From the NCBI GenBank assembly GCA_038227875.1, contig JBBRPR010000004.1, forward strand, positions 76,830 to 140,829: a stretch of 64,000 nt of DNA. Reading direction: 5' to 3'. Below, one piece after another: positions 33,915-43,198 of the stretch; the first letter of the stretch is position 1, and each line of letters opens with the position of its first letter. The notes beneath the pieces were generated by a model. The model did no database searches. It worked only from the letters and a program-made list of their open reading frames with translations, and was not told the origin of the DNA. Position numbers and translations under genes: made by a program. This DNA comes from Planctomycetota bacterium (GTDB lineage: Bacteria > Planctomycetota > SZUA-567 > H5-PLA8).

Positions 33915-34520
33915 GTGCGCACCACGCTTGAAACACCGATCCTTTCCATCCGCAGCAGAGCGCGCCGGCCGCGCGGTTTGACGTTGCTGGAAGTGATCAT
34001 CGCGATGTTCATCTTCCTGATCGGCATCGTGGGCGTGCTGGCGGCGATGCCGACGGGCATCAATTCCGCGACGTGGGTGATCTTTCAGGATTCGGCGATC
34101 CATCTGGCGCATTCGAAATTCGCGGAATTCCGGCGCGACCGCGTCGATCCGGCCGTGCAGCTGAATCCCACTCCCGGCGGTTACCTGCCGACGACAACAC
34201 CTTATATGGCGGGGAATCAGGAACCGTTCAACAGCGAGGGCGATCCGTGGCGCGATTTCGCGCACAACGCTGGTGATCCGTACCAGTACTTCGAAGACAT
34301 CGACCGCTACGAATGGTGTGTCGATGCGACGCACGCCATCGACAACGGCATTGGCTCCACCGATGTTCCGCTTCCGGCGAATTTCTTTTTTCCCACGAAC
34401 GTCGCCCCGGGCGGCGTCTCGCGGATTCAACTCTACCGCGTCGACATCACCATCCGCATGAAGAGCACCACGCGGCAGATGCGCTTTACGCAATACCTGT
34501 ACTCGTACGGCCAGCTGTAA
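33915..34520 (+). CDS. Prepilin-type N-terminal domain protein (pseudopilin 2, ~201 aa, GTG start)
   Basis: RPRGLTLLEVIIAMFIFLIGIVGV. AAGAGGA RBS, then the GTG at 33915. 17-bp gap from the upstream gene. Confidence 0.7.
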   Translation: MRTTLETPILSIRSRARRPRGLTLLEVIIAMFIFLIGIVGVLAAMPTGINSATWVIFQDSAIHLAHSKFAEFRRDRVDPAVQLNPTPGGYLPTTTPYMAGNQEPFNSEGDPWRDFAHNAGDPYQYFEDIDRYEWCVDATHAIDNGIGSTDVPLPANFFFPTNVAPGGVSRIQLYRVDITIRMKSTTRQMRFTQYLYSYGQL

Positions 34521-34539
34521 AAACGGGGATCGGAAGTTC

Positions 34540-35775
34540 ATGAAGGATACGCATCACAACCCGCTGAGACCGCGCGCCTTCACTCTGGTGGAGATGATGG
34601 TGGTGCTGACCGTCAGCCTGCTGCTGATGACGATGATCGTGCCGGTCTTCCGGCTCTCGACGAAAACCGTGCAGGTGGTCGAACGGAAGCTGGCTGTCTA
34701 CGAATCGGCGCGCAACATCCTCGACCTGGTCGAATCGGAACTGCAGCTGGCCATCACCAATGAAAAGGGCGAACACTTCTCGATCAAGCACGTGTCGTGG
34801 ATGGACACCGATCCGTTCACGCCGCCGTTTACCGGTCCAGTGATTTTGCCTGGAACGATGGACACCGGAAACATCGCGTACAAGCACGACCGGCGCATCA
34901 GTGACGCGGTGAACTACCTGCGACTGGAAGGCCACGGCACCAATTCGAATTACGTGCCGTCCATGCGCCAGTTTCCCGGCGGCAAATTCTTTCCACTCAG
35001 CTATCCGATTCTTGAGGCCACGTTTCCTGAAGCGTGGAAATGCTCGATGCGTTCCACGCTGCTGTACCAGCACGATTTCGAACTCGGCGAAGAAGCGGAC
35101 TCCGACGCCGGCCAGAAACGCTGGAGCCGTTCCGAACAGCTCGGCGACGTGGGCCAGGTGGAACTCGCTTTTATTTTTGAAACGGTTGCCAATCAATGGG
35201 AAGGCATCCAGGCGGCCAAGACCATGTACGACCAGACCGCCAATTACCTGGGACCCGGGCGCGAGATCAAGGTACCGCATCTGGTTGGAGGATCGGGCGG
35301 ACCCGGCCAATTGGAATTCCAGCGCCAGCGCCGCGGAGGCCAGGTCAAGATTATGGACCTTGCTGTTTCCTACTGGGACGACACCCAGAAAAAATACATG
35401 GATTTGCCGGAAAATACGGTGATCTACTTCTTCCCCATGCCCAAGGCCGTGCGCACGACCATCACGGTCTGCGATGTCGACAAGCGCACCACGCTGACGC
35501 TCAGCCGCATCGTCCATCTGCCCTGCGGCTCCGGCGATGGCAACGCGCTGTTGAACCCAGGTGTCGTGGCAGACACGGCCTACTTCACTGACCTGAAGCA
35601 GCCCAACAACACGATGCACGCGGTCTACAACCGGACCAAGTACCTGCCGTCGCTGCCCAACGCGTTCAATGGCGACGGTTCGCGCGGTGACCTCACCACC
35701 ACGTCCGATTTTTCGTCCGCGACCGAAAACAGCATCATCACGCAGGATGGCGTCAAACCGTATCAATGGCCGTAG
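34540..35775 (+). CDS. Prepilin-type N-terminal domain protein (pseudopilin 3, 411 aa)
   Basis: PRAFTLVEMMVVLTVSLLLMTMIV. 19-bp gap from the upstream gene. Confidence 0.75.
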   Translation: MKDTHHNPLRPRAFTLVEMMVVLTVSLLLMTMIVPVFRLSTKTVQVVERKLAVYESARNILDLVESELQLAITNEKGEHFSIKHVSWMDTDPFTPPFTGPVILPGTMDTGNIAYKHDRRISDAVNYLRLEGHGTNSNYVPSMRQFPGGKFFPLSYPILEATFPEAWKCSMRSTLLYQHDFELGEEADSDAGQKRWSRSEQLGDVGQVELAFIFETVANQWEGIQAAKTMYDQTANYLGPGREIKVPHLVGGSGGPGQLEFQRQRRGGQVKIMDLAVSYWDDTQKKYMDLPENTVIYFFPMPKAVRTTITVCDVDKRTTLTLSRIVHLPCGSGDGNALLNPGVVADTAYFTDLKQPNNTMHAVYNRTKYLPSLPNAFNGDGSRGDLTTTSDFSSATENSIITQDGVKPYQWP

Positions 35776-35809
35776 AGCGTTTTGGGAATCGGATTTGGAA
35801 CTGCAGCAC

Positions 35810-38800
35810 ATGAAGCAGCGCACCACACGAAACAATGCTACTGCAACGGGGCCTGGTGCCGTTTCCAGCCGGGGCTTTTTGTTGCTGGTCGTAATCGGCA
35901 TCCTGGCCGTGCTGTTGACCGTCTGCATCGGTTTCCTGTCATACACACGCGGTGAGATCCTGGCCGTCTCCGCGCAGCGCAACAAGAGCGACGTGGTGGA
36001 CGTGATGCACACGGCGCTGGACTACACGCTGGCCAATATCTGCACCGACCAGATGTCCGGCACCGGCAGCATGGACGAGAAGGTACCCTGCGCGTATACG
36101 CTTACTCCCGGTGCGACCGGCCTTACCGGCTCGCCGTGGTGGTTCCGGACGCTTCAAAACGGAACGTGCGACTTTCTGCCCCGGAACGACAGCATCGTGG
36201 GCGGCGGCTGGGGATTTTCATTGAAGCCGGCGACTCAGCCGGGCGTGGAGACCAATTGGATTTATCTTCCCGCCGACTACTTCCCGGGTGGCGCCATCCG
36301 CGGACGCGCGCAAGTCCAGGTGATGGACACCAATTGCTGCATCAATGTCAACGACTGGAACGAAGACGGCATGCCCTCGCAGGCCCAGATGGCGCACATG
36401 ATTGCGGACGGCTACGGACCTCTTTATCTCGAAAGTCTGCGCCGCGGGCGCGATGTCGCCAGCCCCAACGGCGTGCCCTATAATCCGTTGCGCTACCATG
36501 AAGCGTGGCGCGTCGCCAGCCACTCCGCGCGCTACATGGCCTGGCCGGATTGGGACTATCACAGCGACGGTGCTCCGATCAACAACACCGCAAGTTTCTG
36601 CTTTGCAACGAAGAACTCGTCGTGGCTGAGCATGTATGGGCCGCAGTACAGCTGCATCTCGTCGATCATTCAGTCCGATGGCATTCCGCTGGGACAGACT
36701 ACAGCCGCCACGGTTTATCTTGGCTCCCAGCTGTACGCAACGGTGAACCCGTGTCCGGCACCTAAACAGTACGACCGAACTCCGCCGACCAATCCGTCGG
36801 GCTTCACCTGGGGCAATCCGCAGAGCGCGGGGTTCCTGCCATGGGGCATGGCGGGATTTTTCACCACGGGCTACACGGACCCCGACACTGGCCGCAGCCC
36901 GGTCAACGTCAACACCTGTTACAATTCCGGTGAGATTCTCCCTTTCGACTACTGGAGCAATCCTCCCTGCTACACGATGGAAGGCGTCTGGAACGTCGAA
37001 TCGCTGCGGCGCATCATCAAGGTCGGCTGGTTCAACGATCCGTGGTCGACGTACTGCATGATCGGTGGAGTCAAAACGTTGCGTACTGCGGTGCCAGCGG
37101 CGAGTGGCGGGACGACGTGGTCGAATGCGCAGCGCGATTGGTGCGTGCTCGATCCCAGAGCGAAGATACTCGTCGAGACGCTGAAATTGCAGCTCGCCTA
37201 CCAGTACCAGGAAACGCTCTGCCGTTACTTTACTGGAACGTACTCTCATGGCGGAGTGAACCAGAAGTTCAAGCCCTTCAGTGCCACTGCCATCAAGACC
37301 TACCCGTCGACGTACACACCGGCTACTACACCGCTGCCTGCGCCGACGCATCCGTGTCTGGTCACGAATTACAGCGCGCCGCGGTTCCCGGTATCGCTCA
37401 CGGATTTTCGCAATCATGTGCGAGACGACCTCGTCAATTGTCTGAGCAAGAATTTCACCAATCCCGCCTACACGACAGCGGTGGCCGGGCTGCCGCCGGG
37501 AACGCCGCTTCCGCCGCGCCCGGCGGGTCAGCTCGATGCCACGTACACGGATGGCACCGTGAACTTTGTCTTCGTGGGCCCGGGTTTCGTCCCGGAGATC
37601 GCTCCGGGAAAACTGGACGTGCGCACCGCTTGCGCGTGCTATGACAACATGGTCCCCGGCAAGCCGGTTGACATTACTGTGTTCAACGGTTGCACAGCCT
37701 ACGGCGCTGGCGATCCGATTTACGAACTCTACGCGCTACAGGTTGGTCGCCAGGAAGACATGGACGACGCCTATCAGATCGATGCCAGCATCATTCATGA
37801 TTCCGCAATCAATGGCATCAACGGTACGGACGTCCGTCCTTCCCGCAAAAAGCTGGGAGCCACAAACAACGGCAATCCCACGTTCAATCTGGGTACCGTA
37901 CCCAGTCCCGCGGTTTACCCCTTCTCGCTGGTGACGTGGCCGCTTCCCGCGCTGACCGCGGCCACGAAGATCGGCAACATCTCGTCACGCTGGGTGGACA
38001 ATCCTCAACTGAGCGCCACGTCGTACTACTCAAGCTTCAATGGACCCGATCCGGCGTGGGAAGCACATTTGTATGACCATCACACCCGCATGATGACGCT
38101 GCTGCCCAAGGGCAACGACATCTGCTCGCGAAACGCGTTCGATCCCGCGGACGGCCGGAAGTTCAATGGCACGGTTGTCACCGGAAGTCCCGAAATTCCC
38201 ACCGGACCGTGGTTGGATGACATGGTCCTGGGCTCAGGGGGCACGATCGTCAGTACCGGTTACAACCAGATGAATCGTTCAGGATCCAATCAGCATGACG
38301 TTCCGTTCCGCCAGCTGTGTTTCACGCCCGATTCGTTCTCGACAGAATTGACGACGACGTCGACGACCTTTCTGATCATCGTCAACGCGCAGTTGGTCGA
38401 TCAGGCCTCAGTCGTCGCCAATCCGGGCAATCCCGCTCTGCATTTGGATCAGTCGTGGAATCAGTGGGGCTGTGTCGTGCAGATCGCTCCCGATGTCAAG
38501 GTGGAGACGTCTGTGAGCGAACCGGCAACCAAGAACATGCTCAAGACCGTTCCTCCTGATCCGAACATGCAGACGCCCAATGGCCCCGCAGCGCCGGACG
38601 CTCAATTCTGGCAGTGGTACAAAAACGAAATGCCTCGCCGCGTCAAGACCTATCAGGGCACACTGCCGATGACCAGCAATGGCTGGCTGGATGATTCCTA
38701 CTTGGATGACGCCTGCCCCAGTCTGTACGCCCGCAATCGCGGTAACACGGGTGCCTACACCACGCCGTTTGGGCGCACGTCGAATCAGCCCCGCATGCCG

Positions 38801-39082
38801 TGGAAGGGAGTTGGCGGATACAACCCAGCGATGAGCGGCGGTGTGGCGGAATTGGAAAACTCGAACTCCACCCACATCCGCGACTGGAAACGGGCCCTCA
38901 ACCCCGGCGAGATCACCACCGGCTGCGATATCAACCAGGTGCCGCCGGCGGGCGTACCCAGCGGGCGCGGCGCGGACGTCATCTATACGCCAGCCAATCA
39001 GATCAAGAAGCGCATCATCATCCGCTCGATCTGGTGTCTGAATCAGGGCATTGAGCAACAACGGGCCACGCAGGGAGATTGA
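35810..39082 (+). CDS. Giant GspK-like pseudopilin (1090 aa): pilin-like N-terminal helix without Glu+5, followed by a ~1040-aa extension
   Basis: MKQRTT...SRGFLLLVVIGILAVLLTVCIGFLSYTRGEILAVSAQRNKS is a GspK-type N-terminus. 34-bp gap from the upstream gene. Confidence 0.75.
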   Translation: MKQRTTRNNATATGPGAVSSRGFLLLVVIGILAVLLTVCIGFLSYTRGEILAVSAQRNKSDVVDVMHTALDYTLANICTDQMSGTGSMDEKVPCAYTLTPGATGLTGSPWWFRTLQNGTCDFLPRNDSIVGGGWGFSLKPATQPGVETNWIYLPADYFPGGAIRGRAQVQVMDTNCCINVNDWNEDGMPSQAQMAHMIADGYGPLYLESLRRGRDVASPNGVPYNPLRYHEAWRVASHSARYMAWPDWDYHSDGAPINNTASFCFATKNSSWLSMYGPQYSCISSIIQSDGIPLGQTTAATVYLGSQLYATVNPCPAPKQYDRTPPTNPSGFTWGNPQSAGFLPWGMAGFFTTGYTDPDTGRSPVNVNTCYNSGEILPFDYWSNPPCYTMEGVWNVESLRRIIKVGWFNDPWSTYCMIGGVKTLRTAVPAASGGTTWSNAQRDWCVLDPRAKILVETLKLQLAYQYQETLCRYFTGTYSHGGVNQKFKPFSATAIKTYPSTYTPATTPLPAPTHPCLVTNYSAPRFPVSLTDFRNHVRDDLVNCLSKNFTNPAYTTAVAGLPPGTPLPPRPAGQLDATYTDGTVNFVFVGPGFVPEIAPGKLDVRTACACYDNMVPGKPVDITVFNGCTAYGAGDPIYELYALQVGRQEDMDDAYQIDASIIHDSAINGINGTDVRPSRKKLGATNNGNPTFNLGTVPSPAVYPFSLVTWPLPALTAATKIGNISSRWVDNPQLSATSYYSSFNGPDPAWEAHLYDHHTRMMTLLPKGNDICSRNAFDPADGRKFNGTVVTGSPEIPTGPWLDDMVLGSGGTIVSTGYNQMNRSGSNQHDVPFRQLCFTPDSFSTELTTTSTTFLIIVNAQLVDQASVVANPGNPALHLDQSWNQWGCVVQIAPDVKVETSVSEPATKNMLKTVPPDPNMQTPNGPAAPDAQFWQWYKNEMPRRVKTYQGTLPMTSNGWLDDSYLDDACPSLYARNRGNTGAYTTPFGRTSNQPRMPWKGVGGYNPAMSGGVAELENSNSTHIRDWKRALNPGEITTGCDINQVPPAGVPSGRGADVIYTPANQIKKRIIIRSIWCLNQGIEQQRATQGD

Positions 39083-39157
39083 ACGCCAGCATGCAGTTGA
39101 TCGACGATGTAACGACGGGCCGCAGTGCGGAGGATGACGTTCGTGTTGGAGACCACA

Positions 39158-40762
39158 ATGTCGGGTGAAAAGGCGAACGTTCCGTCCGGCGACGCTGCCG
39201 AACCGGAAAAAACCGTTCGCAATCCTCAGCCTCCCCGCACGCCCACGCCGCCGAGCGTCCCGCTGGCCGCTCAGCCTCCGCGTCTTTCCACGGCCAAATA
39301 TGTGCCCATCGGCAGCAGTAGTGGAATTGGACCGTCAGCTGCATCAGGAACCGGAACACGAGCAGGTACCGGACGGTTTATGCCGATCGGCGGCCGCCGC
39401 GCGACGGATCCCAAGCCTTCCAATCCGGCGCGTGGGACTTTCACTCCCGCATCGGGCGGAGCGCCCGGCGGCGTCCGCACGCCCAGTAAGTTTACGCCTG
39501 TCCCCCCCGCGTCCTCACTCAGTGGCGGCTCGGCGGCTGGATTGCGCCCCCAGTCGCGCCCAGGCCAGGCGGGCCAGATGAGCCAGCCGGCGCGCTCAGC
39601 CAACCAGCCCACCTCCAACAGCATCAATCCCTTCGGCAATCTGACCGTCAATGCGCCGGCAAAATCGGGGATCAACAAAGCACCGGGAGCAACCGCCACG
39701 TCCGCCACGTCCGCCACGTCAGCGGGGTCGGGGCATTGGAGCTGTTCGAAGTGCGCCAAAGCGCTGGGACCGCGCAGTGTCAACCAGGGCACGGCGATTT
39801 TCCTTGAAGGCAATCTCATCTGCGTCGAATGCGTGAAAGGCAACCGCCGCAACCAGGCGCAGTTGCCCGTGGCCACGCTCGCGATTTTCGGCGTCGTAAC
39901 CCTCGCGATCCTCGGCGTCGTCGGATTTTTTCTGCCCAGCCAGGCACTGCTGATCGGGCTGTTGCTCGGCGTGTCGCTGCTGCTCGTCGGTACCATTGGA
40001 TTCACGCTGGATGGAAAATCGCGGCTGGGGACGGTGGCCGCCGGACTGCTGGTGATCGCGCTGACCTCCTACGGCCTGATCGTCACCGGTGAACACAAGG
40101 AAGAGAAGGCGGCGTTCAGCGAGATCGCCACGCAGGCCGACGAAGTCAAAACGCTGCTGGCGAAGGATTGCCTGCTGGAAGCCGAAGCCCGCATCAACAC
40201 CGTCGAAACGCAGATGGACAAAAAGTACGGCGGCCAGCCGCCTCCCAATGTCACCACTGCCATCGTCGCGCTGCGCAAGTCGACGCAGGAGTGGAAGGAA
40301 GCGCATTTCGGCAAGCTGCAAACCACCGAACAGAAATTGCTCTCGGAACTCTACCACCGCGTCGGCTCCCTGACGCCGTACACGCAAACGCCGCGCATTC
40401 AGCAGTACAAGATCGAAGAAGGCAAACACCTGCTGGTCACAGTCGCCACCGACGTTAAGCCGCCGGAGGTTCAGAACTCCTCCGACGACGGCACGACGAT
40501 CAACAAAGAGACCGACGACCCGATCGGCGCGGAAGCCTCGCGCGTGGCGATGCTGGCGATCAAGCAGGACCGCGCACTGGAAACGATCACCGTCCGGATC
40601 GTCTCCGGCGGACCCAACAGCTCTGAATTGCTGACCCGCACCTACGACGCCACGCGCGTCGCCGAAATCCGCAACAACCTAAACGCCCCCGCGCGCGCCC
40701 GCACGCGGACCGCGGAATCCAGCACCGCGCCACGGTTTGAACGTCCGCCAGAACACCCGTGA
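39158..40762 (+). CDS. Polytopic membrane protein with a disordered Pro/Gly/Ser-rich N-terminus, a CxxC...CxxC zinc ribbon, three TM helices and a C-terminal soluble domain
   Basis: WSCSKCAKALGPRSVNQGTAIFLEGNLICVECV. TM helices LAIFGVVTLAILGVVGFFL, LLIGLLLGVSLLLVGTIGF and AAGLLVIALTSYGLIV. GGAGA RBS before the ATG at 39158. Confidence 0.65.
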   Translation: MSGEKANVPSGDAAEPEKTVRNPQPPRTPTPPSVPLAAQPPRLSTAKYVPIGSSSGIGPSAASGTGTRAGTGRFMPIGGRRATDPKPSNPARGTFTPASGGAPGGVRTPSKFTPVPPASSLSGGSAAGLRPQSRPGQAGQMSQPARSANQPTSNSINPFGNLTVNAPAKSGINKAPGATATSATSATSAGSGHWSCSKCAKALGPRSVNQGTAIFLEGNLICVECVKGNRRNQAQLPVATLAIFGVVTLAILGVVGFFLPSQALLIGLLLGVSLLLVGTIGFTLDGKSRLGTVAAGLLVIALTSYGLIVTGEHKEEKAAFSEIATQADEVKTLLAKDCLLEAEARINTVETQMDKKYGGQPPPNVTTAIVALRKSTQEWKEAHFGKLQTTEQKLLSELYHRVGSLTPYTQTPRIQQYKIEEGKHLLVTVATDVKPPEVQNSSDDGTTINKETDDPIGAEASRVAMLAIKQDRALETITVRIVSGGPNSSELLTRTYDATRVAEIRNNLNAPARARTRTAESSTAPRFERPPEHP

Positions 40763-40788
40763 AGAATTCAAAACGCATGTGGCCGATG

Positions 40789-40850
40789 GTGCCACGGATG
40801 CGCGAAATTCCTTCGTGAAGCGAAGGAGTTTCGTTCATCCCTGCGTGATG
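40789..40850. repeat. Partial copy of the GTGCCACGGATGCGC-box element with a local hairpin
   Basis: ggtgccacggatgcgcgaaattccttcgtgaagcgaaggagtttcgttcatccctgcg. The box matches 30347-30362 and the GTTCATCC box also matches. Confidence 0.45.
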
Positions 40851-41041
40851 CATTACCGATCTGGGGCGTGATCTTGGGCTTCGCGACTTTGCGTGGAGAG
40901 AAAGAAGGGTCGGCCTCCACCGCAACGTGCAGCACGAAATGATCACATTTCGCAATACTGACGAGCAGACGTCACCCCACTCCTGCAGATAGAGTGCTCC
41001 GGTCAGCTTCCACTCACTCTTTTTGATAGGAACGCTTATCC

Positions 41042-41968
41042 ATGCTCACCCAACAGCAGGTCGATCAGTTTCACCGCGAAGGATTTCTGATTCTGCGTGG
41101 CATGTTCGCCGGCAAAGAGCTCGAATTGCTCCGCGCTGCCGCCACGCGCGTGCAGGAGGAAGGCGTCGCGAATCTGGGCGCCGATCACCTCTACACCAAC
41201 ATACCCGGCAAGGGCAAAGTCTACTTCCGCAGCGAACGAATGTGGGAACGCGACCCGATCTTCCAGGCCGTCACCGTCAAGCCGGAACTGCTGGAATGCA
41301 TCGGCCAATGCGTCGGCCATCCGTTCCTGCCGATCAACGATTCCTTTGTCTGCAAACTTCCTGAAGGCAACGTGCCGATCACGTGGCATCAGGATCCGCC
41401 GTATGGTTCGACCAAACAAGAATACGCGTCGACCTTCGAAGTGCCGAATTTCGACGTCGACATTTACCTCGACGACTCCACGATCGAAAATGGCTGCGTC
41501 TGGGGAATTCCCGGCCATCACCTCGTCGGCCATATCGACCTCAAACGTTTTACCGAAGACGAACTCTTCTCGAAATTTGGCGCGGTGCCGATGCTGATGG
41601 CGCCCGGCGATGTGCTCTTCCACAGCTTGTCGGCGCCGCACGGTTCGCGTGGCAATCTCACCAAGACGATGCGCCGCATTTTCTACGTCCATTACATGGC
41701 GCGCGAAGTCCTGGAATACTGCTACCCCGGCTGGGGCAAGAAGAGCGGCTTTACTGAATCCGGAATGGCGTTCGCCGGAAACATGCTCAACGTTCGCAAG
41801 TCCTTCGGCTTTGAGGGCATCGAGAACAGCAAGGTGATCTTCACGCCGGAAGGCTACGCCTTCACTGGGCAGCCAGGAACTCCGCCGCGCCACTGGGGCG
41901 CGTTGCTGGCGGCGATGAGCGACGAGGAGAAAGCGCGCAAGCGGATGCTGGAGTCGGTGCTGGCCTAG
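41042..41968 (+). CDS. Phytanoyl-CoA dioxygenase (PhyH) family protein, paralog 2
   Basis: QQVDQFHREGFLILRG, ITWHQDPPYG, NFDVDIYLDDST and WGIPGHH. Shares motifs with 8956-9870. Confidence 0.85.
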   Translation: MLTQQQVDQFHREGFLILRGMFAGKELELLRAAATRVQEEGVANLGADHLYTNIPGKGKVYFRSERMWERDPIFQAVTVKPELLECIGQCVGHPFLPINDSFVCKLPEGNVPITWHQDPPYGSTKQEYASTFEVPNFDVDIYLDDSTIENGCVWGIPGHHLVGHIDLKRFTEDELFSKFGAVPMLMAPGDVLFHSLSAPHGSRGNLTKTMRRIFYVHYMAREVLEYCYPGWGKKSGFTESGMAFAGNMLNVRKSFGFEGIENSKVIFTPEGYAFTGQPGTPPRHWGALLAAMSDEEKARKRMLESVLA

Positions 41969-42143
41969 AATTTCATCAGCAACAGCATCAATGTTGAAAA
42001 CGTAACGACTCGGGCCACGTGGCCCGAGTCGTTTTCATGTCAGAATTCGAATGACAAGCGTCAGCGCTGATGTATTAATAATGTTAGCATTTTAAAAGTA
42101 CGTTAGTCATTTTAAAAATGACCATCAATACGGAGATTAACTC

Positions 42144-43160
42144 ATGAAAGTCGGAATCATCGGTGCTGGGGGCATCGCCCACACGCACGCAAAGGCCATC
42201 AAAGCCGCCGGACACGAACTGGTTGCGGTGACCGATGTTGACGCCGCGCGCGCCAACGCCTTCGCCACGACGCATACGACGCTCGCGTTGGGTTCCGTCG
42301 GGCAACTGCTGGAGCAGGACCTGCAGCTCGTAACCATCGCCGCACCCAACCGTTTTCATTTCGAGCTCTCAGCTCAAGCCTTGAAAGCCAAACGCGCGGT
42401 GCTCTGCGAAAAGCCGCTCACGGCCAACGCTGAACAATCGCAGAAGCTGATTGAACTCGCCCGCCACGAGCGCCAGCCGCTCTTCGTGGGCTTCATGAAA
42501 CGCGCTCATCCGGTGATGCAGAAGTTTCACGCGTACGCGCAGCAGATCGGGCCGCTGACCAGCGGGCTGGTCCGCGTGCACATGCATTGCGACGTGAAAG
42601 TCTGGGAGAACATCGCGTCCGCGATGAAAAATCCCAAAGACCCGCGGCACGAAGCGGGCTGCGGCATGCTCGCCATGGTCGACAGCCACATGCTCGATTT
42701 GCTGCTCTGGGCCGCCGGCCCGGTCAAGCGGGTCGTCGGCGCGCGCTTGCAATACCGCGCCGGTTGCGCGCCGATGGACTGCGCCGCGCACGCGTTGCTG
42801 GAGATGGAAAACGGCGCGTCGATCCTGCTCGACAGTTCCTTCTCGCCCCTGACCGGCGTCGGCCGTCGCGAAAACGGGCGCGACGAGTTGATCGAACTGC
42901 GCGGGGACGCGGGACTCGCGCGCATCTTCACACCCGTCGCCGACCGCCCGGAAACCGACGCGCCCGTCGCCGAACACTGGGACGAAGCGAGCAAAGGCTG
43001 GGAAGGTTCGACGATCAATGGCGTCAACTACTACACGCGGGAATTCGAATATATTGCGCTGGCGCTGCGCGGCGAAACGGTGCCCCTCGCGACCGGCGAG
43101 GATGGCGCGCGCGTCGACGCGTTGATCGACGACATCGTCCGCGCTTCCAGCGAGTGCTGA
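42144..43160 (+). CDS. Gfo/Idh/MocA family oxidoreductase
   Basis: MKVGIIGAGGIAHTHAKAIKAAGHELVAV...CEKP. Confidence 0.85.
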   Translation: MKVGIIGAGGIAHTHAKAIKAAGHELVAVTDVDAARANAFATTHTTLALGSVGQLLEQDLQLVTIAAPNRFHFELSAQALKAKRAVLCEKPLTANAEQSQKLIELARHERQPLFVGFMKRAHPVMQKFHAYAQQIGPLTSGLVRVHMHCDVKVWENIASAMKNPKDPRHEAGCGMLAMVDSHMLDLLLWAAGPVKRVVGARLQYRAGCAPMDCAAHALLEMENGASILLDSSFSPLTGVGRRENGRDELIELRGDAGLARIFTPVADRPETDAPVAEHWDEASKGWEGSTINGVNYYTREFEYIALALRGETVPLATGEDGARVDALIDDIVRASSEC

Positions 43161-43198
43161 TCGCAGGCGGAAAGACCCCAAAATGCAGCGTTTTAGCC

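Noticed and set aside
36218-37417. 399-aa ORF antisense to the giant pseudopilin gene
   Set aside because: It is an Arg-rich antisense artefact within a gene with strong operon context.
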